Source of the DNA: Microgenomates group bacterium
GTDB lineage: Bacteria; Patescibacteriota; Microgenomatia; PFEM01; JBNASD01
Assembly: GCA_049720225.1 (NCBI GenBank)
Contig: JBNASD010000001.1
Coordinates: 293,217-357,216 of the forward strand
Direction of reading: 5' to 3'
DNA: 64,000 nt
Shown: in pieces, positions 46,921-56,213 of the stretch
Layout: every line of letters starts with the position of its first letter
How positions within the stretch are numbered: position 1 is the first letter of the stretch
Notes under the pieces: generated by a model
What the model was told of the DNA's origin: nothing
Database searches by the model: none
Seen by the model: only the letters and a program-made list of their open reading frames with translations
Translations under genes and position numbers: made by a program

Positions 46921-47349
46921 TTATTTATGTCTGTATTTATTTTCTAAGCAATTTAATAATTTATTGATAGGCTCAATAAATTCTTCAGGAGGTATATAAA
47001 TCTTAAAACCTCCAAATAAATATTCAAATTGTTTGGTACGATAATATTCATTCATATGGCTAATTGATTTCAAAAACTGGTTGTCCAATTTATAAAGATT
47101 TAAAATTCCCTCTTTTTTACATAAATCTATTGCTTTTACAAGATCGTGTTTTAATTTTTTAATTTCATCAACTTTATAACCCCTGTAAAGAAGAAAAGAT
47201 TTAAAAGCAAGCTCCATTGAATGAAAAAGAAGAAAATATTTAACATTTGTCTTTTCTGTAATATTAGGGCACTTTTCATTTATAATTTTAAATGAGGACA
47301 AAAAGTCTTTTGCATATGTTAAATAGCCTATGTGTGTAGTTCCTCTCAT
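46921..47349 (-). CDS. Hypothetical protein in a very AT-rich island
   Basis: It is a 142-aa soluble ORF. Its composition is markedly AT-richer than the flanking core genes. I recognise no family. Confidence 0.4.
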   Translation of the reverse strand: MRGTTHIGYLTYAKDFLSSFKIINEKCPNITEKTNVKYFLLFHSMELAFKSFLLYRGYKVDEIKKLKHDLVKAIDLCKKEGILNLYKLDNQFLKSISHMNEYYRTKQFEYLFGGFKIYIPPEEFIEPINKLLNCLENKYRHK

Positions 47350-47498
47350 ATAAAATTTTTTAATTTATTTTAAATTATTTAGTGAACTAATCAAAAACCG
47401 GGAATTTACAAATTGACGAAATCTGAAGCAAGTCCCGAAATAGAGGTATGAAAACAAAAAACACCTAAAGGTTGCAAATATTAGAAAAACTCTATTTT

Positions 47499-48197
47499 TT
47501 AAATTTTGTTTAATAATATCCTAAGTAATATTCCAAATATGTCTAATAAGACTTTAAAATATGGCAACAAAAGAATTGTTATTATAAACCATAGGTCTCT
47601 TTTCAGTATTCTTCCTGATTGCCTATCATCATCTACTAAAACAATAGCAGGATATAAAAAATCAAGTTTTTCTAAAATATTAAAATAAATGAAAACAAGC
47701 AAAAAAGTTAAGTGTTGATTAATATATAGAAATTTTTTATTTAAAAATATTAAAAGCGTTCCTGTTAATAAAGAAAGAGCCCCTGCCAAAAGCAATGTTA
47801 TAAGTGTAAAATGGTTATTCCAACTTTTTTCATAAAATATTTTTTTAATAAATTTTTCACACTCTAATATAACCCCCTCCTCTTCAAAACCAAGATTTAC
47901 ATAAATTTTTTTGGAATAATCAATGGTTTTAATTTCAATATGAATCTTATTACCCCAATACAAAAGACGTATCCCTCTTATAAATTTAAAATTATTTTTA
48001 ATACTTCTTATTACCTCTGATTCGCTATTACAAGAGCACTCTTCTTCATTCTTTATTCTTAAAATCATCTCTACTTTTTCTTTACATATGCCCTTAGTGT
48101 CCTTTTTGGCTTTTTCAGAAAGAAAGTTATATAGATTAATAATTTCATCAATAGAACATATAGAAGAATTTAATTCAAAAGATTTAAAATATCTCAT
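47499..48197 (-). CDS. Hypothetical protein with a soluble N-domain and C-terminal TM helices
   Basis: It is 232 aa, with about 125 aa soluble (Cys/Glu-rich) then 2-3 TM. It lies 80 nt downstream of the RM gene on the same strand and is very AT-rich. Confidence 0.4.
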   Translation of the reverse strand: MRYFKSFELNSSICSIDEIINLYNFLSEKAKKDTKGICKEKVEMILRIKNEEECSCNSESEVIRSIKNNFKFIRGIRLLYWGNKIHIEIKTIDYSKKIYVNLGFEEEGVILECEKFIKKIFYEKSWNNHFTLITLLLAGALSLLTGTLLIFLNKKFLYINQHLTFLLVFIYFNILEKLDFLYPAIVLVDDDRQSGRILKRDLWFIITILLLPYFKVLLDIFGILLRILLNKI

Positions 48198-48277
48198 ACT
48201 CTTATTTCTTTTCTTATTAACACCAGTTTAATTAACCCCGATATTCGACGAATGATTTAAATTTTAATAAACCTTTA

Positions 48278-51200
48278 TCAACCAAAGATATTTTCCCAAA
48301 CCATATTTTTAATTCTTTCGGCAATTTTAAAATTGACAATTCCCTCAAGGGCTTCATCTATAAATTTATTTATTCTTTCATACTCTTTTTTAATAATCGT
48401 TAAGTCATTTTTAAATCTATTTTCAGGAATTATAACTTCCTCTCGTTTCATAAGAACAAATAATTGCAGTAATTCTGCCTCATCTTGGCTTTGACAGTCA
48501 ATTTTTTGTTTACCGCAAACTAACTGCCAACCTAGCAAACTTTGAATTACTTGAGGTTTCTGTTTGCTATCGGAGGGCAATTTTACTAATTTTCCTTTTT
48601 TATTCTTTAAAGGATTATACTTTTGCCAAATAGCAGTTAATGGAGTTTTGCCAATCCATTTTAAAATTTGCTCTACCTGTTTTTCCTCAACCACCTTTTT
48701 TTTGGATTTATTTTTTGAGGTAACACTTTTAGCTCGTTTAAGACGGGAGGAAACTAAATCAATAATTGCTCGATAAACCTCTAACTGCTCTTCTTCAGTT
48801 AGACCCAAAATATCACCCATAATGATTTGGTCAAGTTTTCTAAGTTGAGGGTTAATTTTGTGTAAAAAAACTTCATCTAAAGTACTTGCTCTTAATAAAG
48901 CAAAAATATTCTCCATTAAAGTAGAAGACAATTTGCTAAGCAAGATTTGCACCTCAGTTATTTTGGATTCTTCGATCACTTTGGGATTAGGCAATAATAT
49001 TTTTTTAAATTCGTAGGTTTGAATTTTTAATAGACCACCTCCAAAAGTAGTTCTGCCTTCTATGTTTTCAAAAAACCAAAACAAAGATGAATTTATCAAA
49101 GGGGCTATGAGGTAATTCGTGTGTATTTCCTGAAAATCATCGCTTACATTAACACTACCAACATATCCTCTTCCTATATCATGAATAAGGTAATTGATAT
49201 TAAGATTTGTTATTCTCCTTTTTCCTAAATCATACCATCTTTTCCTGCTCGCACATGTTGGTCTTTTGTGAAACCCTTTTCTTTCACCTTCTTTGATATA
49301 CTTTAAAACATTAGTCCCTTTGAGTTCTTCTTTATCTTTATGAATCATCAAAACCCTATATTTTAGGTCCTTGGGGTTAATGACAATCGACTTGCATTCG
49401 CGGGGAGATTTAATAATATAGTTTGGCACCCAATTACCCTTTTCATCTTGATGCATCCAAAATTCTTTTTCAATACCTCTCCTTTTAATTTCCTCTTCGG
49501 TGAGATAAAAAAATTCATTAGCTCCTGTGGTGATACCCCTGCGAACATCAGCTACTTCTTTAAGAGGCACTAATTTGTCTTTGCATTTTTCCAGAATTTT
49601 AAAAAAGATTTGCGGAGCCCTGATGTACTTTCCCCATTTTGAACCAACATAAGTTTGCGTTTCTTCATCAAATCCTTCATCCCATAGTTCTTTTTGTAAT
49701 TTTGGGTAAATTCTTATCTTTTCGTCTTCAAAATATTTATCATGAGCTAAGATTAAATCCTTAAGTTGACTGATTTTTTGCCATCTTTCTTTTTGAAGTG
49801 CTTGATTGGTAGAAAAAATCGGGATAAAATCAGAAAGTGGTTTTTTAAGCTGAACAAAGCGAACTAAATTATTATCTCTTTCTTCCTTGTTTTTTTCTCC
49901 CTCGCATTTTTCCAAAATTACAATACAGGTATTAATATCCGCATCTTCAAACCAGCGCTCGACTTTTGATTCGATAATGGCAATAATTTTGGCATTTTTG
50001 AGAAAAAATTCTTGAAGACCTTTGCCGTAATCAACATCAAGCCAGGAGTTGGAAACAATAAACCCAAACATCCCTCCATTTTGGAGAAATTTGAAACCGT
50101 GAACAAAAAAATAAGCGTGAATGCCTGCTCTCTTAGAAATTGTTGCCAGTTTTTTTCCTCGAGTATCATAAATAGCTGATTCTATTAATTTTTCTTTGTA
50201 TCGCTCTCCCTTGCCTGAAATATCTTCAATTTCTTCCTGCCGAGTGTAAGGAGGATTACCAACAACGGCATTAACTATTCTTGGGTAAGGTATTTTCTGA
50301 ATTGTACCGTCATATCTTTTAACTTCTTTTGCGTCTATATTTGGATACTCTGCCAATCCACCAAGTTTTAACTCAAAAAAATCATTTTGAAAAATTTGCG
50401 GATAGTTATCTTTTTCTCTTAAATCTCTTATGACTAAATTAATTGTTGCAAGATGAGCAGGAAATTTAGCAATATCTACGCCCCATAAAGAAGAAAGTAT
50501 TTCTTTGTGCGTCAATGTTGGGTCAAGAAGTCTTTTAAGAAAATAGCTTTGGATTAAAAAGGTACCTGTGCCACAAGCAGGGTCTAAAACCGTATCTTTG
50601 GTAGGATTTTTGAGACAAAAATTAAGAATTAAATCAACAACATCAGTGCGAGTAAAATATTGACCAAGATTGTGTCTTTCTGCTGCAGGAATTAAATTTT
50701 CAAATATCTTTCCGATAGTATCAGGAGTATCTTTTACCAACTGACCCCAATCGTATTTATTTAAAGCCTCAATAAGGTCAATTATCGTTTGAATTACTGC
50801 CTGATTGTTAGTTGAGAAAGCCAATGTATCAATAAAATCGGTAGAATAAATAGTCTCATAATCAATATTTAAAACATGCTGGAATTTTGCTTGCAGTTCT
50901 GTTTGGAGCTGACCGCCTGTGGCTAAATCACGAGGTATTTTTAGCTCCGGGATTCGTGCAGTTTGTGCCCGAAGGATCTCATAAAAGAATATTTTATTTA
51001 CCAAAAGATAAGCAGTTTGTCGAGCGGCTTTTTCAAAATCATAAGTCTCAGGGAATGGTGGTAAACTCCAAAACTGTTCAGAAAACCATTTTCTAAGTTT
51101 TTTTCTAAAATCGGTATCACTTTGATATTTTTCTTCAATGACAGGAAGATAAAGTCTTGTTAAAATTTTGATTTTCTCTAAAAGTCTAAAAATTAAAATT

Positions 51201-51736
51201 TCATCTAGTGGTAATTTTTTAGGCTTTTCTTTTTTGAAGTATAAAGCATAAAGGTCCAAAAGTATTTTTTTGAGTTCTTTTTGAATAGGCAATTGATAAG
51301 AGAAGTTTTCCAAATAGTCTAAATTTTCAATATTAGAAAGATTGTATTTAGCAATAATTTGGTCTTCTTCTTTTTTTAGATTGTTAACTTTTGCGGTATC
51401 CCAAAGAATAAGAGTCTTAAAATTAGAGGTAGCGAAGTATGGAGACTTTCTTAAGGTTGCCTTTTTACGCGCCGGTTCTTTTAGATTCTCCCCATCAAAA
51501 ACGTCATAAAAAGGAGGCTTAAATTCAATTAGCAATAATGTTCTGGTGTTTTCGGGCGAATCATAAAGAATACAGTCCGGTCTTTTTCCATCCACTCCTT
51601 TCTTTTCTATCCTTGCTTGACCAAATGGTAAATTTTCTTCTCTAATAATTTGGTTTATCCATTCAGCAATAATAGCAGCAGCGCTCCATTCTGTATGATG
51701 ATCAATAATTTCAAAAGGGTTTACGAATTTATTCAT
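48278..51736 (-). CDS. Type IIG-like restriction-modification enzyme: N-terminal PD-(D/E)xK nuclease fused to a gamma-class N6-adenine DNA methyltransferase and specificity region
   Basis: The N-terminus has RPDCILYD...LLLIEFK (D..ExK). Mid-protein it has SAM motif I VLDPACGTGTFL upstream of catalytic motif IV VVGNPPY. The C-terminal half, about 550 aa, is unassigned (TRD/helical). Total length is 1152 aa. Confidence 0.75.
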   Translation of the reverse strand: MNKFVNPFEIIDHHTEWSAAAIIAEWINQIIREENLPFGQARIEKKGVDGKRPDCILYDSPENTRTLLLIEFKPPFYDVFDGENLKEPARKKATLRKSPYFATSNFKTLILWDTAKVNNLKKEEDQIIAKYNLSNIENLDYLENFSYQLPIQKELKKILLDLYALYFKKEKPKKLPLDEILIFRLLEKIKILTRLYLPVIEEKYQSDTDFRKKLRKWFSEQFWSLPPFPETYDFEKAARQTAYLLVNKIFFYEILRAQTARIPELKIPRDLATGGQLQTELQAKFQHVLNIDYETIYSTDFIDTLAFSTNNQAVIQTIIDLIEALNKYDWGQLVKDTPDTIGKIFENLIPAAERHNLGQYFTRTDVVDLILNFCLKNPTKDTVLDPACGTGTFLIQSYFLKRLLDPTLTHKEILSSLWGVDIAKFPAHLATINLVIRDLREKDNYPQIFQNDFFELKLGGLAEYPNIDAKEVKRYDGTIQKIPYPRIVNAVVGNPPYTRQEEIEDISGKGERYKEKLIESAIYDTRGKKLATISKRAGIHAYFFVHGFKFLQNGGMFGFIVSNSWLDVDYGKGLQEFFLKNAKIIAIIESKVERWFEDADINTCIVILEKCEGEKNKEERDNNLVRFVQLKKPLSDFIPIFSTNQALQKERWQKISQLKDLILAHDKYFEDEKIRIYPKLQKELWDEGFDEETQTYVGSKWGKYIRAPQIFFKILEKCKDKLVPLKEVADVRRGITTGANEFFYLTEEEIKRRGIEKEFWMHQDEKGNWVPNYIIKSPRECKSIVINPKDLKYRVLMIHKDKEELKGTNVLKYIKEGERKGFHKRPTCASRKRWYDLGKRRITNLNINYLIHDIGRGYVGSVNVSDDFQEIHTNYLIAPLINSSLFWFFENIEGRTTFGGGLLKIQTYEFKKILLPNPKVIEESKITEVQILLSKLSSTLMENIFALLRASTLDEVFLHKINPQLRKLDQIIMGDILGLTEEEQLEVYRAIIDLVSSRLKRAKSVTSKNKSKKKVVEEKQVEQILKWIGKTPLTAIWQKYNPLKNKKGKLVKLPSDSKQKPQVIQSLLGWQLVCGKQKIDCQSQDEAELLQLFVLMKREEVIIPENRFKNDLTIIKKEYERINKFIDEALEGIVNFKIAERIKNMVWENIFG

Positions 51737-52092
51737 TTTGTTTTTTCTTTTATTTCCTTAGTAACCTGATTGACGATTCTTCTAGCTATTTCCAGCGCCG
51801 CGGCAATTCTTACCACTTTTACTTGTTTTAATCCCTTAATTTGATAAAGTTTTTCAAAGGGTTGATTAGCTAATCCCCTAAAATCTTTAAATCTTTCGAT
51901 TATTTCTTCTGCCATTTTTAAAGCAGGTTTTTTAGGTATACCTGAACCAATCAAAATTGCTAAAAGTTCTGCATCTGTACAATATTGGGCCCCTTTTCTT
52001 AGAAGTTTACCTCCAGGGTGTTTCCATGTTATCCTTTTTATCCCAAAATTTTTTCTTTCTTTCCCTTTCTCCATTTTTCTATATTTTCCCAC
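51733..52092 (-). CDS. RadC N-terminal (HhH) domain-like protein lacking the JAB/MPN domain
   Basis: CTDAELLAILIGSGIPKKPALKMAEEII..F.....LANQPFEKLYQIKGLKQVKVVRIAAALEIARR matches the UPF0758/RadC N-terminus. Its stop overlaps the RM gene start (ATGA). Confidence 0.55.
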   Translation of the reverse strand: MGKYRKMEKGKERKNFGIKRITWKHPGGKLLRKGAQYCTDAELLAILIGSGIPKKPALKMAEEIIERFKDFRGLANQPFEKLYQIKGLKQVKVVRIAAALEIARRIVNQVTKEIKEKTK

Positions 52093-52265
52093 AAAAATTC
52101 TTTCTTCTCAATAAAAAATGAGGAAAAAACTATATCAAGTAATAAATTTAAATCTCCGTTTTTTCTTTACTTTTGATAATACGGAAGTATACGAATAACA
52201 GTGGTTTAAAAGATAATATTTGGAGAAAAAAGTAAAGTTTAATATAATATTTATATCCAACAAAA

Positions 52266-53327
52266 ATGGCAATTATTATTTCAAAAAGCGGTCAAAATGC
52301 AATTAAAATTGAAAAAAGTGATCTTGAAAATGAGAAACATCTTCAACAATATATTTATAACAATCCAGAAAGTATTCCTCTTTACAATATTAAAGAAGAT
52401 ATTCGTCTTTTAATTTTAGCACGCGAATTTTCCACTAAAAGTGGACCAATTGATGCCTTGGGAATTGATAAAGATGGCGAAATTTACCTAATTGAAACAA
52501 AACTTTATAAAAATTCTGATAAAAGAATGGTTGTAGCCCAAGTTTTAGATTATGGAGCATCTCTCTGGTCTAATTATCGAGACTTTAATAATTTTATTAA
52601 TCAAATAGAAACCCACACATTTAAAGATTTTAATCAAAATCTAAGCCAAAGACTAAATGACTTTTTTGGTATATCAAAAGAAGAAGAAAAAACGCTTTTA
52701 GAAAATGTTAGAAGAAATTTGAATGAAGGAAATTTTAAATTTGTAGTTTTAATGGATCATTTACATGATCAACTCAAAGATTTAATTATTTTCTTAAACA
52801 ATAACAGCGAATTTACAATTTATGCGGTAGAACTGGAATATTACAAACACCAAGACTTTGAAATTTTAATTCCTAAACTTTACGGCGCAGAAATTAAAAA
52901 AGATATCGGAAAAAATACCCCTGTTATACCAACAGACGACGATTTTATTAAAGCTTTTCAAGGCCAACCAGAGGAAAATAAAGTTAAAGAACTAATCGAT
53001 TTCTTTAACGATTTAAGAGAAGGAAGAAAAAAAATTAAAAATGTAACAGTTGCCAAAACATTTAAGAATCTAAATTTTTATGTGACTACCAGTTATCAAG
53101 ATAAGATTTCCATTTCTTTATATATTCAAAGAAGAGAAGGCAGTTTAGATTTTTGGGGAACCAAAAAAATTGATCAAATAGTAAGGGAAAAGATTAAAAA
53201 ATTGCTTCCTCGTGCCGAAATCCAAAAAGAAATGACGACAAGTTTTGGCATTATTGCTAAATGGCCAATGAAAGATTATTCAACAGAGAAATTTGAACAA
53301 TTACTTCGAAAATTAAGTCAAATCTAA
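52266..53327 (+). CDS. DUF91/NucS-like PD-(D/E)xK nuclease family protein with an unassigned C-terminal domain
   Basis: It has E.HLQQYIYNNPESI...LAREFSTKSGPIDALGIDKDGEIYLIETK...VVAQVLDYGASL, the characteristic core of the NucS-C/DUF91 family. Confidence 0.6.
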   Translation: MAIIISKSGQNAIKIEKSDLENEKHLQQYIYNNPESIPLYNIKEDIRLLILAREFSTKSGPIDALGIDKDGEIYLIETKLYKNSDKRMVVAQVLDYGASLWSNYRDFNNFINQIETHTFKDFNQNLSQRLNDFFGISKEEEKTLLENVRRNLNEGNFKFVVLMDHLHDQLKDLIIFLNNNSEFTIYAVELEYYKHQDFEILIPKLYGAEIKKDIGKNTPVIPTDDDFIKAFQGQPEENKVKELIDFFNDLREGRKKIKNVTVAKTFKNLNFYVTTSYQDKISISLYIQRREGSLDFWGTKKIDQIVREKIKKLLPRAEIQKEMTTSFGIIAKWPMKDYSTEKFEQLLRKLSQI

Positions 53328-53504
53328 AAACCCATCAATTCCACCTTCCAAAAATCTTTTTTTTAATCTTTGTCAATGACCAAAATAGGAAGGCTTTTGC
53401 GTCATTTTTTCTTATTTTTTCACAAACTCCTTTTCTTCTCAAGAAAAAATATTATAGTTATTTTTTTTATTTTTTTAAACTTTAATAATATAATTAATCA
53501 AAAC

Positions 53505-53792
53505 ATGCGCGAAAAAGAACTTCATCCTTATCAGCGAAGATTAGGGGAAGAGGGAGAATTAGAAAGATATCTTTTCCCAAAAGGGACAATGATTTGGCCG
53601 AAATATTCAGGAAGAGGAATTTTAACTCAAGATTGCTATGCAAAAAGATTAAACTGTAAAATAAGAGGTCTAACCGGTTTTAAAAGTTGTGAACCACTCT
53701 TTTTACGTTTAGACGAAAGGCATTGGACTTTACCGGAAGGAACTACTTTTGGAGCATATGTAAAGACTGGCAAAAAGCGTAAAATAAAATAA
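53505..53792 (+). CDS. Small hypothetical protein
   Basis: It is an internal ATG of track ORF 53370..53792. The upstream part of that ORF is low-complexity F/I/L text and is unlikely to be coding. The remainder (MREKELHPYQRRLGEEGELERYLFPKG...) has normal composition. Confidence 0.3.
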   Translation: MREKELHPYQRRLGEEGELERYLFPKGTMIWPKYSGRGILTQDCYAKRLNCKIRGLTGFKSCEPLFLRLDERHWTLPEGTTFGAYVKTGKKRKIK

Positions 53793-53879
53793 AAAAAGGA
53801 AACACCACAAATAGAAGATTATCCTTATTCTTATGCTACTACCGGTGCTTCTGAATATAAATTTTCTTTTGGTTCTACA

Positions 53880-54452
53880 TTGGCAAAATTAAGAGAAAAA
53901 ATTGCTCCTTTCAGATTCGGATTAGCAGCGAAAGAAATTATTCGCAGTCTAAATCTGGAAGGGAAAGAAAAAATTTTAGAAATAGGTAGCGGATTAGGAT
54001 TGCTAGGCCAAGAAATTAAAAAAAGAATTGGAACAAAAACTTTTTATGTAGGAATAGATCTTGCTTTTAATCCCCTTGAAAAAAGTAAAGATAGAGAAAT
54101 TTTGCCAGTTCAGGGGAACGCAATTAAACTTCCCTTTACCGATGAAGCTTTTGATGTAGTGATTTCTACCGATGTTTTAGAACATATTCCTAACGCAGAA
54201 GAAGTGATAAAAGAAATAAGAAGAGTTTTAAAACCGGGAGGTAAAGCTTTTATTGTTATTGCGGATCCTTCAGAACCAAGATTTGAAAATGTTGTTGACC
54301 ATATTAAAAGATCCCAAAGTGCCTCTGATGTTCCTTTGGGAAAATCTTTTTCGAAAAAATGGTTTTACTATTCTTCCAGAGTCCCAAAAATATCGCCAGA
54401 AAGATTGGCGAAAAATTTTCAATCTTCCATTTTTAGTAAAATTACGCAATAA
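53880..54452 (+). CDS. Class I SAM-dependent methyltransferase (Methyltransf_11-like)
   Basis: SAM motif I is ILEIGSGLGLLG. Motif II/post-I is YVGIDL and motif III is LKPGGKAFIV. Confidence 0.7.
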   Translation: MAKLREKIAPFRFGLAAKEIIRSLNLEGKEKILEIGSGLGLLGQEIKKRIGTKTFYVGIDLAFNPLEKSKDREILPVQGNAIKLPFTDEAFDVVISTDVLEHIPNAEEVIKEIRRVLKPGGKAFIVIADPSEPRFENVVDHIKRSQSASDVPLGKSFSKKWFYYSSRVPKISPERLAKNFQSSIFSKITQ

Positions 54453-54528
54453 ACCGGGTTTTGCCTGTGCTTTTAATCCCGTATGTCGCCCGGGAGTTTA
54501 TATTTTAAAACGAAATTAAATTAAAATC

Positions 54529-54981
54529 TTAACAAACCAAAAGATAAAAAATTCCACTGATTAAAAGAGTCGATAAAATTGGCAAAATTACTTTTTGGAA
54601 AGGAAAGAAGGCTTTGCCAGAATTTTTAGTGCGCAAAAACTTATCAACTAAAAATCCTAAATAAAAAAAGATTGTTCCTACCGTTATCCCCAACCAAATT
54701 TTACAAACTCCCCAGATTTTACAATAAGGATTATTTAGTTTGCCGGCAATCTGTAAACTTGCTAACGTTAAAAGATAAAAAACTACCACCCAGCTTATTT
54801 CCGGATAGGGAAGTTTAATTTTTTTAAATTTACCCGCCATCGCCAAAGCTAAAGCAGTAACTAACGCGCCAATCCAGATAGCGGCAATCAAATCATCAAC
54901 TCCTAATTTTTCGGCAATCCAAAGACCACCACCAACTGCCACCACACAAACTGGACAAGTAGCAAAAACGGGTTTTATCAT
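54529..54981 (-). CDS. DsbB-like 4-TM membrane protein with two Cys pairs
   Basis: It has 4 TM, CPVC near TM1, and C..WGVC in the second extracytoplasmic loop. It overlaps the CPHC thioredoxin-fold gene start (ATGA). Confidence 0.4.
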   Translation of the reverse strand: MIKPVFATCPVCVVAVGGGLWIAEKLGVDDLIAAIWIGALVTALALAMAGKFKKIKLPYPEISWVVVFYLLTLASLQIAGKLNNPYCKIWGVCKIWLGITVGTIFFYLGFLVDKFLRTKNSGKAFFPFQKVILPILSTLLISGIFYLLVC

Positions 54982-55376
54982 TGATATTTTGAAGAAAGAT
55001 AATCAATAATCGGCTGGTCGCCTATAATACATCTTCCCTTGTCATATAAAAAGGGTACACCAATCCCCTGACTTCCATCAACTTGACATTCTTTTGCTTT
55101 GGCAACCATTTCTTTGCTGTTTTCTTGATTATAATAAACTTCTTTTTTGACTAAACCTGATTTTTCTTCTATTTTGGGATTTTTTGTCAACCACTCTTCT
55201 ACTTTTTGACAATGAGGGCAGGTTTTTCCATAAAAAAGGATTACTGAAGATTGATTATCTCCTTTTACTTCAGGATTTTGAGAGGGATTTTTTGGTCCAC
55301 TAAATAAAAGATAGCCAACAATTAAAACACCGGCAATGAAAATGGCTAAAAATATTTTTTTCATTCGATGCAACAA
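54978..55376 (-). CDS. Thioredoxin-fold thiol-disulfide oxidoreductase (CPHC active site), N-terminally anchored
   Basis: It has an N-terminal TM/signal, then YGKTCPHCQKVEEWL, with glutaredoxin/DsbA-like spacing. The CPHC dipeptide is as in DsbA. Confidence 0.65.
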   Translation of the reverse strand: MLHRMKKIFLAIFIAGVLIVGYLLFSGPKNPSQNPEVKGDNQSSVILFYGKTCPHCQKVEEWLTKNPKIEEKSGLVKKEVYYNQENSKEMVAKAKECQVDGSQGIGVPFLYDKGRCIIGDQPIIDYLSSKYQ

Positions 55377-55936
55377 TCAATAATTTTTTTAACTAGATCT
55401 CCTAATTTGGAAAAAATTCCCGCTTCCCCTTTAATTTTTGGCGGTTCTTCTTCGCTAATAAGATTTATTTTATCATTTTTTTCCATTTTAATCTCCTCCA
55501 GTTTAACTACTCCTAAATTTAATCCCCAAAATAAAGAATAAAGATGATATGATTTTGCAAATAGTTCCTCCGCTTGTTTTTTCTCGCCTTTAGTTAAAAA
55601 CTTTGTTCCCACCTCTAAAAGTCTCATCGAAGTAGATAAAAGATGCTTGGCAATACACCACCATTCACCTTCGGGATTTTTAACTAATCTTTTCATTAAA
55701 CTTTTACGCATTTCCCGAACCTCATTTAATAAATCCAAATATTTGGGGTTTTTGGTTTTGCTAAAAGTAAAAAATAAATGCTCCTCAATGGCGATTAAAT
55801 TCATTACCCCAACCGATAAATCCTCATCAGAAGACAAATCCAGTTTTTCTCCCCGCTCTAATTTTTTGGCTTTTTCAAGAAATTTTTGAATATCTTCGCT
55901 TTTAATGCTTTTCATTGTTTTTTGATTATAACTCAA
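55361..55936 (-). CDS. Hypothetical protein
   Basis: It is a 191-aa soluble helical ORF with a C-terminal CC. I recognise no family. Confidence 0.35.
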   Translation of the reverse strand: MSYNQKTMKSIKSEDIQKFLEKAKKLERGEKLDLSSDEDLSVGVMNLIAIEEHLFFTFSKTKNPKYLDLLNEVREMRKSLMKRLVKNPEGEWWCIAKHLLSTSMRLLEVGTKFLTKGEKKQAEELFAKSYHLYSLFWGLNLGVVKLEEIKMEKNDKINLISEEEPPKIKGEAGIFSKLGDLVKKIIDCCIE

Positions 55937-55946
55937 TTTTTAAATT

Positions 55947-56213
55947 TTAACTACATTGACAATTCCCTGCAAAACATTTTCCCTGGCAGCTACTACATTT
56001 CTTTTTCTTCCCAAACTTTATTTCTTTTTCATCTACTTCTTTTCCGCATTTTGGGCAGGAAGCTACTCTTTTTCGACAAACTCCATAAATTTGGTGTCGC
56101 CATTCTTTTAATTTTCCTTCGGTGGTAAATTTTAATTTACAATTTGGACAAAAAAATAATCTTTTCATTTGATTTATTTTATCTTGAAAAAACTTCAGTC
56201 TTTCAAAAACCAC
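55947..56213 (-). CDS. Cys-rich zinc-ribbon mini-protein
   Basis: It is 88 aa with CPNC...CPKCG and a C-terminal CSSCQGKCFAGNCQCS (metallothionein-like). It lies directly downstream of the ZIP transporter gene. Confidence 0.45.
   Translation of the reverse strand: MVFERLKFFQDKINQMKRLFFCPNCKLKFTTEGKLKEWRHQIYGVCRKRVASCPKCGKEVDEKEIKFGKKKKCSSCQGKCFAGNCQCS

Noticed and set aside
46921-47349. Possible HEPN-domain toxin
   Set aside because: I looked for the Rx4-6H HEPN motif. The only candidate Arg (YYRTKQFEY) is not followed by His at the right spacing, so the gene is left as hypothetical.
53370-53504. 5' extension of the track ORF 53370..53792
   Set aside because: This part is a low-complexity F/L/I-rich translation of an AT-rich intergenic promoter-like region. 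The plausible start is the internal ATG at 53505.
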